A stretch of DNA of 62,018 nucleotides, from contig DYKX01000001.1 of assembly GCA_020722375.1 (NCBI GenBank), positions 5,243-67,260 of the forward strand, given 5' to 3'. Positions 38,221-48,029 of this stretch are shown here, in pieces. The notes beneath the pieces were generated by a model. It was not told where the DNA came from. It saw only the letters and a list, made by a program, of their open reading frames with translations, and did not search any database. Source of the stretch: Anaerolinea thermophila (lineage in GTDB: Bacteria; Chloroflexota; Anaerolineae; Anaerolineales; Villigracilaceae). Positions within the stretch are counted from its first letter, which is position 1, and every line of letters begins with the position of its first letter. The position numbers and the translations under genes were made by a program.

Positions 38221-39719
38221 TATTCTTTACTCAAAAAAAGCGCTTCACACTTCCAATCATCCTTTTGCTGGCCGCGGCAATTCGGATGATTGGCATCGCG
38301 GCGCGCCCGATCTGGTACGACGAGGCCTTTGCGGTTTTGTTTTCAGCCAAAGGTCCCGCCGCCATGGCCTACGGAACATTGACATCCACCGGCGCGGGCG
38401 CGGCGGACATTCATCCGCTCGGTTATTACACATTACTCTGGTTGTGGATGCGGGCGTTTGGCTCCTCCCTGATCGCGACGCGGCTCTTGTCTATTCTCGC
38501 AGGGACGTCGACAGTCGCGCTGGTTTGGTGGTTGGCACGCGAACTGTTCAATGAAAAGACCGCGATGGTCGCTTCCGTTTTTGTTGCGCTGGCACCATTC
38601 CAGGTGCACTACTCGCAAGAGATCCGCATGTATTCTTTTTTGGCGTTGTGGCTCATGCTTGCCACGTACGCGTACGTGCGCGGCGCTCAAGGCGGCGGGA
38701 CAAAATGGTGGTTCGTCTTTGCCGTTTCCGCCGCGCTGGCGCAATATACCCACAACCTGGCCGCGTTCTATCTCATTCCGCTGGCGGCCACTCCCCTGCT
38801 CCGCCGCGATTGGAAAACCCTGCGCGCGGTTGTTCTCTCTGGCCTCGGCGCGCTCCTGCTTTACCTGCCCTGGCTGCTGCAACTCCCTGCGCAAGTGACG
38901 AAAGTCTCGACTGCCTATTGGGTGGAACGCCCCGGCCCGGACAAATTGTTCACGCTCCTGCTGGTCTACGTGACCAACCTGCCCCTGCCAAACAAACTGC
39001 TTTTTGTGGGACTGTTCATCGCACTGGCGGTCGTTGCCATTGCCGCCTTGCAGACGTTTCGCCAGGGGAATCGCAATACGAACGCGCTGTGGTTGTTTTA
39101 TCTGGCTTTCACGCCTCCGCTCCTGCTTTTCCTCGTCTCGCAATGGATGCCAGTCTACATCGAGCGCGCCCTCCTGCCAAGCGGCGTAATCTTCTGTATC
39201 TGGCTGGCCTGGGCGTTGTTCAACACCGCCCTGCCCGTGCCCATCCGCAATGGATTATTGGCCATGCTGACTGTCGGAATTTCAATTGGTTTGTACCAGC
39301 ACATCGCCTATCGTGGCTTCCCGTATGCCCCGTATCAGAACCTGGATGTTTCTTTACGTGAACGCGTCCGACCGGGCGATGTGATTGTGCATTCCAGCAA
39401 ATTAAGCCTGCTCCCGGCAGCATATTTTGACCAAACCCTTCCACAGATTTTTATTGCCGACCCGCCTGGAGGCAGTACCGACACGCTGGCAGAAGCCACC
39501 CGCAAGGTTTTGGGGTTAACCACCGCGTCAGATGCGGAATCAGCCACCAGGGACGCCCGACGCGTCTGGTTCGTCATCTTCAAGAAATCCATCGAAGAAG
39601 CGCAGACCGCGGGTGCGGCGACTCATCCTCATTTGCAATACCTGAATCAGCATTTCAAATTAATTGCCACAGAGGATTGGGGCGAACTACAAGTCTATCT
39701 TTTTGAAAGACAGCCATGA
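38217..39719 (+). CDS. GT39/PMT-like membrane glycosyltransferase
   Basis: IWYDEA, DIHPLGYY, YSQEIRMY. Confidence 0.85.
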   Translation: MIFFTQKKRFTLPIILLLAAAIRMIGIAARPIWYDEAFAVLFSAKGPAAMAYGTLTSTGAGAADIHPLGYYTLLWLWMRAFGSSLIATRLLSILAGTSTVALVWWLARELFNEKTAMVASVFVALAPFQVHYSQEIRMYSFLALWLMLATYAYVRGAQGGGTKWWFVFAVSAALAQYTHNLAAFYLIPLAATPLLRRDWKTLRAVVLSGLGALLLYLPWLLQLPAQVTKVSTAYWVERPGPDKLFTLLLVYVTNLPLPNKLLFVGLFIALAVVAIAALQTFRQGNRNTNALWLFYLAFTPPLLLFLVSQWMPVYIERALLPSGVIFCIWLAWALFNTALPVPIRNGLLAMLTVGISIGLYQHIAYRGFPYAPYQNLDVSLRERVRPGDVIVHSSKLSLLPAAYFDQTLPQIFIADPPGGSTDTLAEATRKVLGLTTASDAESATRDARRVWFVIFKKSIEEAQTAGAATHPHLQYLNQHFKLIATEDWGELQVYLFERQP

Positions 39720-41701
39720 AGAAAAACAATCAAACACTGTACTATGGTCTTTTTGCACTCGCCAGCCTGTTGACGGCCATGCTTGGGTATGTTTATACAC
39801 ACAAGCCGTTTACAGCCGAAAATTTAATAGGAGTACTGACCGCCTTTTGGCAAACGCTTATTGCGTTATTCATTATTGCGGTAGCGGGAGGGATTGGCGA
39901 GTACTTCCTAAAAGCAGATAACCGCCACGAATTGGAAAGAATGGGGATTAGCCTTGCGCTTGGGATACCCATCCTTAGTATTGCCACACTCTTGATTGGA
40001 AGCACAATCGGGACTGGCATCTTTTCCCTGACCTTTTTTCTGGCGCTGACAGGGTTTCTGTGCCGTAAATCCATTGGTAAATGGGTTCGCCACCTGGCGC
40101 GACTCAAAACAATTATCTCGGGGAAATATGGAACCGCCATCGCAGTGATAGCCGCATTGATCTTTGTGATGCACTTTGTTACCGCGCTTGCGCCGCCAAC
40201 CATGTTCGATACGCTGGTATATCACTTCACCCTTCCACAGGCTTACCTTCAAACCGGAAAAATTCAATATGTGCCAGACAACATGTTCTGGGGGATGCCA
40301 CAAACCACGGAAATGCTTTACCTTCTGGCAATGCGTTTTGCAGGCATGGAGAGCGCGACCCTTGTAAGCCTTTTCATTGGTTTAACCGCAATGTTGGGCA
40401 TGGCTGGGTACATCACGAATCGATTTGGAAAAATCGCTGCGTGGACTGGTATAGCTGCCATATTGGCTGGCGAGACACTAACTGCCGCTCTTTCTTCGGG
40501 TTATATCGAATGGACGGTACTATTATTGGGATGGGCAATCTTCGCATCATTTAACTACTGGCTCGAAACGCGAAATCGAAATGATCTTATTTTGTGTGGG
40601 GCGTTATGCGGGGCAGCCATTGGCACAAAATACACGGCGGGCATTGTCCTGCTGGGGATCATGGTCGCACTGATTTTCCTGCCTGTTTTACAAACCTGGA
40701 AACAACGAATATCCAACGCATTGCTTGTGGGCATTTTTGCGGTTTTATTCAGCCTGCCCTGGTGGATCAAGAATGCTGTTTTCACCGGGAATCCGTTTTA
40801 TCCTTTCTTTTTCCCCGCAGGAGCCATGAATGAATTCAGGTTATTTAATTATCAACATGTGCCGATTTGGGGAAATTGGAGTTCGGTCATTCTCCTTCCC
40901 TGGCAGGCCACATTTTGGGGCGTGGAAGCAAAGGATGGATTCTCGGCATCGATTGGCGCCATCCTCGTGGGATTAAGTCCGTTGGTGTGGATAGGATGGA
41001 AGTCCAGAACTGAGGCGCAGCGAAATAATATCAAAACTGCTTTATTAATAGTGTTTGTTGGCTTTGTAGTCTGGGCAATTGGCAGCCGCGTCTCCGGGCT
41101 GTTGATCCAGTCCCGTTTGTTCTTTGGCATATTTCCTGCGTGGGCGCTCCTGGCAGGCGTGGGCATGGATTCCATCTGGTACTTGCGCGCTGCGAACATC
41201 CGCTTCGGGCGGGTGGCAAGCGCGCTAACCCTGCTCATGCTTGGATTTAATCTATTTGCCACATGGACAGGCTTTATCGTCCGCGACCCTCTTGCATATG
41301 TTATTCGGCAGGAAGATGATCAGGGCTATCTCGCACGCAATCTGGGAATGTATGCTGTCACAATGAAAACCATCCAATCCCTGCCTGCCGACAGTCGTGT
41401 GCTGATGTTATGGGAAACGCGTGGACTCGCCTGTTGGCCGAAATGCGACGCCGATGAGGTAATTGACCGCTGGTATGACGATGTCAACACTTTTCAAACG
41501 CCCGAAAAAATATTGGCATCCTGGCAAGAAAAAGGATATACACACCTGCTGCTCAATCAGGCTGGCGTGGATTTCGTTCGCCCCCGGGAACCGAGATTGA
41601 CAACCGAGGATTGGGAAAAATTCGAGACGCTCCTGACACGCCTGGGGCCGCCAACCATCCTTGGGAGTTACGCGCTTTATCCATTACAAACCTCTCCATG
41701 A
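39716..41701 (+). CDS. GT-C-like polytopic membrane protein
   Basis: FDTLVYH, GTKYT, PWWIKN...TGNPFYP; paralogous to 43562-45523. Confidence 0.75.
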   Translation: MKKNNQTLYYGLFALASLLTAMLGYVYTHKPFTAENLIGVLTAFWQTLIALFIIAVAGGIGEYFLKADNRHELERMGISLALGIPILSIATLLIGSTIGTGIFSLTFFLALTGFLCRKSIGKWVRHLARLKTIISGKYGTAIAVIAALIFVMHFVTALAPPTMFDTLVYHFTLPQAYLQTGKIQYVPDNMFWGMPQTTEMLYLLAMRFAGMESATLVSLFIGLTAMLGMAGYITNRFGKIAAWTGIAAILAGETLTAALSSGYIEWTVLLLGWAIFASFNYWLETRNRNDLILCGALCGAAIGTKYTAGIVLLGIMVALIFLPVLQTWKQRISNALLVGIFAVLFSLPWWIKNAVFTGNPFYPFFFPAGAMNEFRLFNYQHVPIWGNWSSVILLPWQATFWGVEAKDGFSASIGAILVGLSPLVWIGWKSRTEAQRNNIKTALLIVFVGFVVWAIGSRVSGLLIQSRLFFGIFPAWALLAGVGMDSIWYLRAANIRFGRVASALTLLMLGFNLFATWTGFIVRDPLAYVIRQEDDQGYLARNLGMYAVTMKTIQSLPADSRVLMLWETRGLACWPKCDADEVIDRWYDDVNTFQTPEKILASWQEKGYTHLLLNQAGVDFVRPREPRLTTEDWEKFETLLTRLGPPTILGSYALYPLQTSP

Positions 41702-43299
41702 AAATCAACATTCCCATAACGAACAGAAACAAAGACCTTCTCTGGATCGCCCTCGTTGCCGCGCTGACGCTCATCCTCAGTTCCATTCCCAATTGGGCGG
41801 GATACGCCGCGGAAACAAGGGACCTTTCCTACAAAGGCGCCTTCTTCGACCCCCAGGATTATGCCGTTCACATGTCCATGCTGCGCGCCGGGATGCAGGG
41901 CGATTGGGCCTATCAATTCCGCTTCACCACCGAACCACACCAGGGGGCTTATACGCGCCTGTTCTACATCCTGCTCGGACAGGCAAATCGCATCTTCAAA
42001 CTGGAACCTGCCGCGCTATTCGAGATCGCTCGCTGGCTATTTGGATATCTGGCTTTGTTCGCGGTCTACGCATTAATAAAACGCGTTTTCAAAGGGATCC
42101 TGTCACAACGCGTTGCTTTTTTGCTGGCAGTTTTCGGCTCCGGGCTGGGATGGCTTCAACTTCTCTTGGGCTGGGTTCCAGGCCCGATCACCCCCATTGA
42201 CTTCTGGCTGATTGACGCGTATGTCTTCTTTGGCATCGCCCTCTTTCCCCATTTTTCCTTTGTCACCGCGGCGCTCTGCCTTGTATTCCTCCTCTATCTG
42301 GATTACCTCAAAACTGGCGGCTGGACGCGCATCGCGGGAATTGCGGCCATCGCCATCCTGACTCAGTTCGTTAATCCCATCGCCTTCGTTCTCGTGGACC
42401 TCGCGCTGGCCGCGGTCACACTGACGATTTGGATTCAAAATCGAAAAATTGACTGGCGGCATGTCTTCGCACTTGGGCTGATCGCCATCGCTCAATTGCC
42501 ATTGCTGGTCTACAACTTCAACCTTTTGATCAACGACCCGATTTGGAGCCAGTTCACCCGGCAAAACGAGACTCTCTCCCCGCCATTTGTTTATTACTTG
42601 TGGGGATTTGGCTTGCTCTGGCCGCTCGCCCTGATTGGGTTACTCTCCGCCATCCGCCAGCGAAACCCCGCCCTGCTGGGCGCCGCGGCGTGGATCGTCA
42701 CCGGGCTGGCGCTGGCCTACGCGCCCTTCGCCATTCAGAGACGCTTCCTGCACGGCCTCACCATCCCACTGGCATTACTCTCGACGGAGGGACTGAACCA
42801 GGTCGCGCAATTCCTTTTCGAAAGATTCCCTGTCATCAAGCGCCGAACCGCGAACGCCGCCATCCTGCTCGTTTTCATCGTCTCGCTTTCCAGCGTCTAT
42901 CTCAGCCTCGGACGGAGCCTGTTTCTCGCGTCTCATCCAGCCGGGTTCTTCTACCCCGCCGCGCTTGATCCCGCCCTCGCCTGGCTGGACAAAAACGCCG
43001 CGCCCGGGGATTTTGTTCTGAGCGCCGCGCCCAGCGGACTGCTCATCGCCCAGAAAACCGACCTGCGCGTGTACCTCGGCCACGAAATGGAGACGCTGGA
43101 TTATCCGGCCAAACTTGATCAGGTGGAATCTTTCTTTCGCGGGAATGAAGAACCAGGCTGGCTGGAAACCTCCGGCGTGAGATGGATTCTGTTCGGTCCA
43201 TACGAGCGGGATGAGTTTGGCGTGTCCGATTTGAGCCTCGAAAACATGGAGATCGTTTACCATTCGGAGAATGTTGTCATTTATCGAGTAGGCCCGTAA
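41698..43299 (+). CDS. GT-C-like polytopic membrane protein
   Basis: DPQDY...S after TM1, FTTEPH, PHF, YLGH..ET; ATGA coupling with the upstream gene. Confidence 0.7.
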   Translation: MKINIPITNRNKDLLWIALVAALTLILSSIPNWAGYAAETRDLSYKGAFFDPQDYAVHMSMLRAGMQGDWAYQFRFTTEPHQGAYTRLFYILLGQANRIFKLEPAALFEIARWLFGYLALFAVYALIKRVFKGILSQRVAFLLAVFGSGLGWLQLLLGWVPGPITPIDFWLIDAYVFFGIALFPHFSFVTAALCLVFLLYLDYLKTGGWTRIAGIAAIAILTQFVNPIAFVLVDLALAAVTLTIWIQNRKIDWRHVFALGLIAIAQLPLLVYNFNLLINDPIWSQFTRQNETLSPPFVYYLWGFGLLWPLALIGLLSAIRQRNPALLGAAAWIVTGLALAYAPFAIQRRFLHGLTIPLALLSTEGLNQVAQFLFERFPVIKRRTANAAILLVFIVSLSSVYLSLGRSLFLASHPAGFFYPAALDPALAWLDKNAAPGDFVLSAAPSGLLIAQKTDLRVYLGHEMETLDYPAKLDQVESFFRGNEEPGWLETSGVRWILFGPYERDEFGVSDLSLENMEIVYHSENVVIYRVGP

Positions 43300-43331
43300 C
43301 CACAAGTGTTGAGATTCAAAAAGGACCGACC

Positions 43332-43565
43332 TTGAGAAAACTTCCCATTTACGTATCGTTGTTCGCACTTTATCCTGTCGTTGTTTTGTACGCGCGCCTG
43401 CCGGGCGGCGCGCCAATCCAAACGGTGTGGCGGACTTTCCTCATGCAATTGCTCGCGGCGATCCTGCCAACCTCCGCGCCGCTGGCAGGCAGGCCGGAGC
43501 AGACACACTGGAAGGTTTTGTACCGAGACGAAATTGCTGTTATCACGAGAAAGGGCAGACCTTGA
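43332..43565 (+). pseudogene. Probable in-frame fusion remnant of two membrane genes
   Basis: N-terminal TM (LPIYVSLFALYPVVVLYA) joined to a WKVLYRDEIAVITRK tail that resembles the C-terminus of 32944-34389 (WDITYQDEQAVILIRK). Confidence 0.55.
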
Positions 43566-45523
43566 AAAAATCGGCGCTCTCCTGGTTTATCCTCACGCTG
43601 TGGTGCGTCTTTCTGGTCTGGCGGTTTAATGCGCCCGCGCCCAGCCTGGACGAGCAGGGGGCGATACGCTGGGCGGAAATCATGCTTTTGCTTTTGTCCT
43701 ACTGCGCTATTCTCTTTACAGCTCTGGGGCTGGGAAAAATCATCCTTCGCCAATCCAATCTGTCACTTGAAAGGCTGGAGTTCAATCTTCTTGCAACGTT
43801 GCTTGGATTGGCGGCAATCTCCCTGGCTGTTCTCGCCATCGGGCTGGTTGGCTGGCTTAATCCAACCGGTCTGTTCACCATCCTGGCGCTAGGTGGATTA
43901 CTTTCACGACCAGAATGGGCAAGGATATGGACGGAAATGATACAGGCTGTCCGCCTGCGCCTCCCCGATAGTGCATTTGAGTTTTTTATCTGGATTACGG
44001 GCGCCGGACTTCTGGGAATTGCCATTTTCAACGCCTTGACCCCTGCCTGGGATTACGACGCGCTGATGTATCATCTGGAAATTCCAGAACTCTATTTAAC
44101 ACAGGGCAGGGTCTACTTTGACCCGCAAGTTTGGCGCACTGGACAGCCACTCCTTGGCGAAATGATGTACGCTGTTGCGATTGCGCTTCGACTGAATCCA
44201 CTGGCAAAGTTGATCAACCTGACCTACGCCATTCTTTTCATCGTAAGCGCTTATGCATTTGGGAGTCGTTTTTTCTCCCGTTCCAGCGGTTTGCTGGCCG
44301 TCGGAATTATACTGGGAATGCCGGCATTACCATTTTGGGCAACCTGGGCAAAAGTGGATTTGGCCTGGGCGGGTTACGAGTTCTGGGCGGTTTACGCGCT
44401 CATGCTATGGGATGCTGAAAGCAGCAAAAATTCGAAATGGCTGATATTGGCCGGAATCTTGTCTGGACTGGCGGCCAGCGTTAAATATCTCTCCCTGCCT
44501 GTTATACTCATTGTGGCAGTCATTCTTTTGTGGAAATCCACAAAAAGCGGCGGCTTTCGGCAAATCATCTCGAACCTGTGGACTTACGGTCTGTTCGCCG
44601 GGCTGGTGATGGCTCCCTGGTACGTCAAAAACTGGTTGTGGACAGGCAACCCGATCTATCCGCTCATCTGGGGTGGTCCGGGGCGCAGTTTTCTAACGGA
44701 ACAACTGCTCAACGAATATGTCGGGAGTTTTGGCTTTGGGCATGGGTTGCTGGATCTGGTTCTGTTGCCTTACAGGATGTTCGCCCACCCAATCCGATTC
44801 TCGATCATTGGTTTTGAAATTTTTCACCCGGCGCTCTGGCTGGCATTTGGCAACTTCTTTTTTTTACAATCCAAAAAGCGCGGAATTCCTTTGCTCTATT
44901 CCAGCCTTGTTTTTCTTTCCTGGTTTTTCTCGTCACAGCAAGTGCGATTTCTCCTGCCTGTCAGTGCTTTTATAGCGATATTAGCCGCGAATACACTCGA
45001 ACAATTCCCGCGTCTGCTACAAAAAAGCGTCATCCTGATCCTGGGTGTGACAATCCTTCTAAGCGTGTCTTTTCAGATCTCTTACCTTCAGCACACGCGG
45101 ACAGTCCCTTATCTTGCCGGGCAGATTTCGGCGCGACAATTTTTGAGAGAACAGGCGCCGTCTTTTCGAATGCTGGAATATATTGAAAGCCATCTCAAAT
45201 CGTACGAACGTGTTCAATTCCTGTGGGACGGACGCGGCTACTATTGCGACGCGCGTTGTATTCCCGATGACGAACAATCCACGGCCGTCACCTTGTCAAC
45301 GCCGCCCCCGTTTCCGCAAATGCTGGCACGCACATTACGTGCGCAGGGAATCACCCATCTAATGTTAAGCCGGCAAGATGCTATCTGGTTCATTGTCGCC
45401 CACGATCCCCATGGCCGCCATCAACAGGCGCTGGATTATTTTGAAAAAGTATTTATTCCTGCGTGTGGAAGACTTGTTTTTAAAGATGGCGAGTGGGAAC
45501 TTTTTCAAATCACCTGCCCATAA
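43562..45523 (+). CDS. GT-C-like polytopic membrane protein
   Basis: YDALMYH, SVKY, PWYVKN...TGNPIYP; TTG start overlaps the upstream stop. Confidence 0.75.
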   Translation: MKKSALSWFILTLWCVFLVWRFNAPAPSLDEQGAIRWAEIMLLLLSYCAILFTALGLGKIILRQSNLSLERLEFNLLATLLGLAAISLAVLAIGLVGWLNPTGLFTILALGGLLSRPEWARIWTEMIQAVRLRLPDSAFEFFIWITGAGLLGIAIFNALTPAWDYDALMYHLEIPELYLTQGRVYFDPQVWRTGQPLLGEMMYAVAIALRLNPLAKLINLTYAILFIVSAYAFGSRFFSRSSGLLAVGIILGMPALPFWATWAKVDLAWAGYEFWAVYALMLWDAESSKNSKWLILAGILSGLAASVKYLSLPVILIVAVILLWKSTKSGGFRQIISNLWTYGLFAGLVMAPWYVKNWLWTGNPIYPLIWGGPGRSFLTEQLLNEYVGSFGFGHGLLDLVLLPYRMFAHPIRFSIIGFEIFHPALWLAFGNFFFLQSKKRGIPLLYSSLVFLSWFFSSQQVRFLLPVSAFIAILAANTLEQFPRLLQKSVILILGVTILLSVSFQISYLQHTRTVPYLAGQISARQFLREQAPSFRMLEYIESHLKSYERVQFLWDGRGYYCDARCIPDDEQSTAVTLSTPPPFPQMLARTLRAQGITHLMLSRQDAIWFIVAHDPHGRHQQALDYFEKVFIPACGRLVFKDGEWELFQITCP

Positions 45524-45535
45524 AAGAGGATAACT

Positions 45536-46741
45536 GTGAATTTTAAAACCGAATCCTGGACAAAAAGAATAGACTTTTTCTTCCTCAGCGCCTGGCTAAT
45601 CCCCAGCCTGGGGATCGCGGTATTTTCAGTGGCCCGATTCGGAGCAGATTTTCGCGGATATTATGCCGCCGCGCGGGTACTATTGGATGGCGGCAATCCC
45701 TACAACTACCATGAGGTGACAACCGTTCTCCTGAAGATCACGGGAGAAATGGGCAACAATCCTTATTACTACCCGCCGTGGTTCGCGTGGCTTTTCGTTC
45801 CGCTTGCCCTGCTACCTTATCAGATGGCACGCTGGATATGGATGGTAATAAATCTGTTCCTTTGGAATATCAGCTTGTGGCGATTGGGAACATTGGTCAA
45901 CTGGCCGCGGCCAGGATGGAAACGCTATTTTTTCTTTTTGCTTTCCACCCTGGCCTTCGCGTGGATTACCTGGAGATACGAGCAGGCGGGAATCCTTATT
46001 TTTGCGATTCTCCTGGCGGCGATCCTCTCCGCGCAAAAGTTAAAGTGGACAGAGGCAGGAATCTGGCTGGCTTTGTCGCTCATCAAACCGAACCTCACGC
46101 TGGTTGTAGTGGCAGGGATTTCCCTATGGCTGGTTCGCAAAAAACAGTGGCGTCCAGTCTCGGTTATGGTTATTACCCTGATTGTCCTGTTCGCGATCTC
46201 CACGCTAATCACACCTACCTGGTTCAAACCATTCTTGGAACCCGGATTTGGGCGTGGATTAACGGTCGCGATGGATGGGCCAGAGAAAATTGTGGCTGTC
46301 AGATTGAATACCACGCTGATGGACTGGTTGTCCACCCTTAACGTTCAAAATCAGTTACGCCCCATTCTATATGGAATTTCGATCCTTGCGGCAATCGCTG
46401 CCTTCTGCCTTTCCATCCCGCGCTCACAATCGCTATTAGAAATTACCAGCCAGAGCCTGTTAATTTCGTATGCCATCACTCCTTACGCCCTGCAATACGA
46501 TTACCCCCCTCTTGTCATCCCTTTATTTTGGGCACTTTCCCTGCCCGTCCCTTCAATAGTCCCAATCAGATGGAAGATCCTGCTAACGGCATTTGTCTTT
46601 AGTGTAAACATCTGGCAACGATCCATCTCTTATGGATATTGGATCGTTATTGGATTAACCGCCCTGGCACTATACGCTTTGCATCAGGCCAAAAGGGCGT
46701 CCAAACTGCCTGAACTATTTACACCATCGCATCCACCATAA
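45536..46741 (+). CDS. GT87 (DUF2029) glycosyltransferase-like protein
   Basis: DF..YY.AA....GGNPY, YYYPP, IKP, PY...YD. Confidence 0.82.
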   Translation: MNFKTESWTKRIDFFFLSAWLIPSLGIAVFSVARFGADFRGYYAAARVLLDGGNPYNYHEVTTVLLKITGEMGNNPYYYPPWFAWLFVPLALLPYQMARWIWMVINLFLWNISLWRLGTLVNWPRPGWKRYFFFLLSTLAFAWITWRYEQAGILIFAILLAAILSAQKLKWTEAGIWLALSLIKPNLTLVVVAGISLWLVRKKQWRPVSVMVITLIVLFAISTLITPTWFKPFLEPGFGRGLTVAMDGPEKIVAVRLNTTLMDWLSTLNVQNQLRPILYGISILAAIAAFCLSIPRSQSLLEITSQSLLISYAITPYALQYDYPPLVIPLFWALSLPVPSIVPIRWKILLTAFVFSVNIWQRSISYGYWIVIGLTALALYALHQAKRASKLPELFTPSHPP

Positions 46742-48029
46742 ACGCCACAAAAATAAACAGCAGGTACATACTCGTCCAGCGGTACATTTGCCAGGCGGCC
46801 TTGTTCCCCTCTTTCTTCCAGACGCGCCAGGCGCCCCACACCATCCACAGGCCGAGCAGGATGGCAGAGACGAGGTAGATGGTTCCCGTCAACTGGAAGA
46901 GCGGGAGCAGGAGCGAGATGGCGACCAGTTCGAGGGTGTAGATCCAAATCTGACGGCGCGTCACCGCTTCGCCGCGCACGACGGGGAGCATGGGGACTCC
47001 CGCCCGCGCGTAATCCTGCCGACGGACAATGGCCAGCGCCCAGAAGTGCGGCGGCGTCCAGAAGAAGACGAGGGCGAAGAGCAGGATCGAGACGAGGTCA
47101 ATGCGTCCCGTCGCGGCCGCCCAGCCCACCATCGGCGGGATGGCTCCCGCGCCGCCGCCGATGACAATGTTCTGCGGCGTGGCTTTTTTGAGCAAAACAC
47201 TGTAGAGAACGACGTAGTAGATGATTCCTGCCAGCGAGAGCAGGGCCGCGGGGAGATTGACCAGACTCGCCAACACGTAATAACTCATCAGGCACAAAGC
47301 CAGCGCAAAGGCCAGCCCCTCGGCGGGGAACATCCGTCCCGCGGCAAGCGGACGTTTCTGCGTCCGCTGCATGTGCTTGTCGAGGTCGCGGTCAATGTAT
47401 TGATTCAGCGCGGACGATCCGCCCGCGGCGAGCGCGCCGCCCAACAGCGTGAAAAACGTCAACGAAAGCGGCGGCCAGCCTCCCCATCCCGCGAGAAGCG
47501 TGGTGACCGTCGTCGCCAGCAGGAGCAGGACAACAATCGGTTTGGTCAGCGTCAGAAAGTCCAGCGCGCGTTGGCGGAATCCAACCGCGGGGTAGTCCTT
47601 CGGTTCAGGCGAGCGGACCGCCGAAACGCAGGCCAGCGCGGCGAGGCCGATCCAGAGCGAAACCGCCGTCAACGCATGCAGGATACGCAGATGAAGCGGA
47701 TAGCCGCTCAGGGTTTGCGTCGCGCCGATGAGCGACTGCCCGAAATAGAGCGTCGTCACCACGGCCGTCAACGGAAGGAGCACTGATTCCTCGCGATAGT
47801 TGCGCCAGGCCGTGCGCAAGAGCCAGAGCATCAACGCAACCGCCAGCCCCACCGCGATGCGATGACCGAGCGCGAGCCAGCCCAGCGATCCGACGGGCGC
47901 GCACAACGGCCAGCCTGCGCAGTTGGCGGCCGCGCCTGTCAATGTGACGAAGCGTCCTGCCGCGGTCGCGAGAAACGTCGCAAAAAGAACGGCGAATGTC
48001 AATCGGGTGAAGGGTGATTTGAATTTCAT
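46719..48029 (-). CDS. ctaB: Heme O synthase fused to an N-terminal half CtaA/COX15-like domain
   Basis: N-terminal CAGWPLC..HR; C-terminal LTKP, NQYIDRDLD..M.RT..RP, WTPPHFWAL, DY...GVPMLP. Confidence 0.9.
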   Translation of the reverse strand: MKFKSPFTRLTFAVLFATFLATAAGRFVTLTGAAANCAGWPLCAPVGSLGWLALGHRIAVGLAVALMLWLLRTAWRNYREESVLLPLTAVVTTLYFGQSLIGATQTLSGYPLHLRILHALTAVSLWIGLAALACVSAVRSPEPKDYPAVGFRQRALDFLTLTKPIVVLLLLATTVTTLLAGWGGWPPLSLTFFTLLGGALAAGGSSALNQYIDRDLDKHMQRTQKRPLAAGRMFPAEGLAFALALCLMSYYVLASLVNLPAALLSLAGIIYYVVLYSVLLKKATPQNIVIGGGAGAIPPMVGWAAATGRIDLVSILLFALVFFWTPPHFWALAIVRRQDYARAGVPMLPVVRGEAVTRRQIWIYTLELVAISLLLPLFQLTGTIYLVSAILLGLWMVWGAWRVWKKEGNKAAWQMYRWTSMYLLFIFVAFMVDAMV

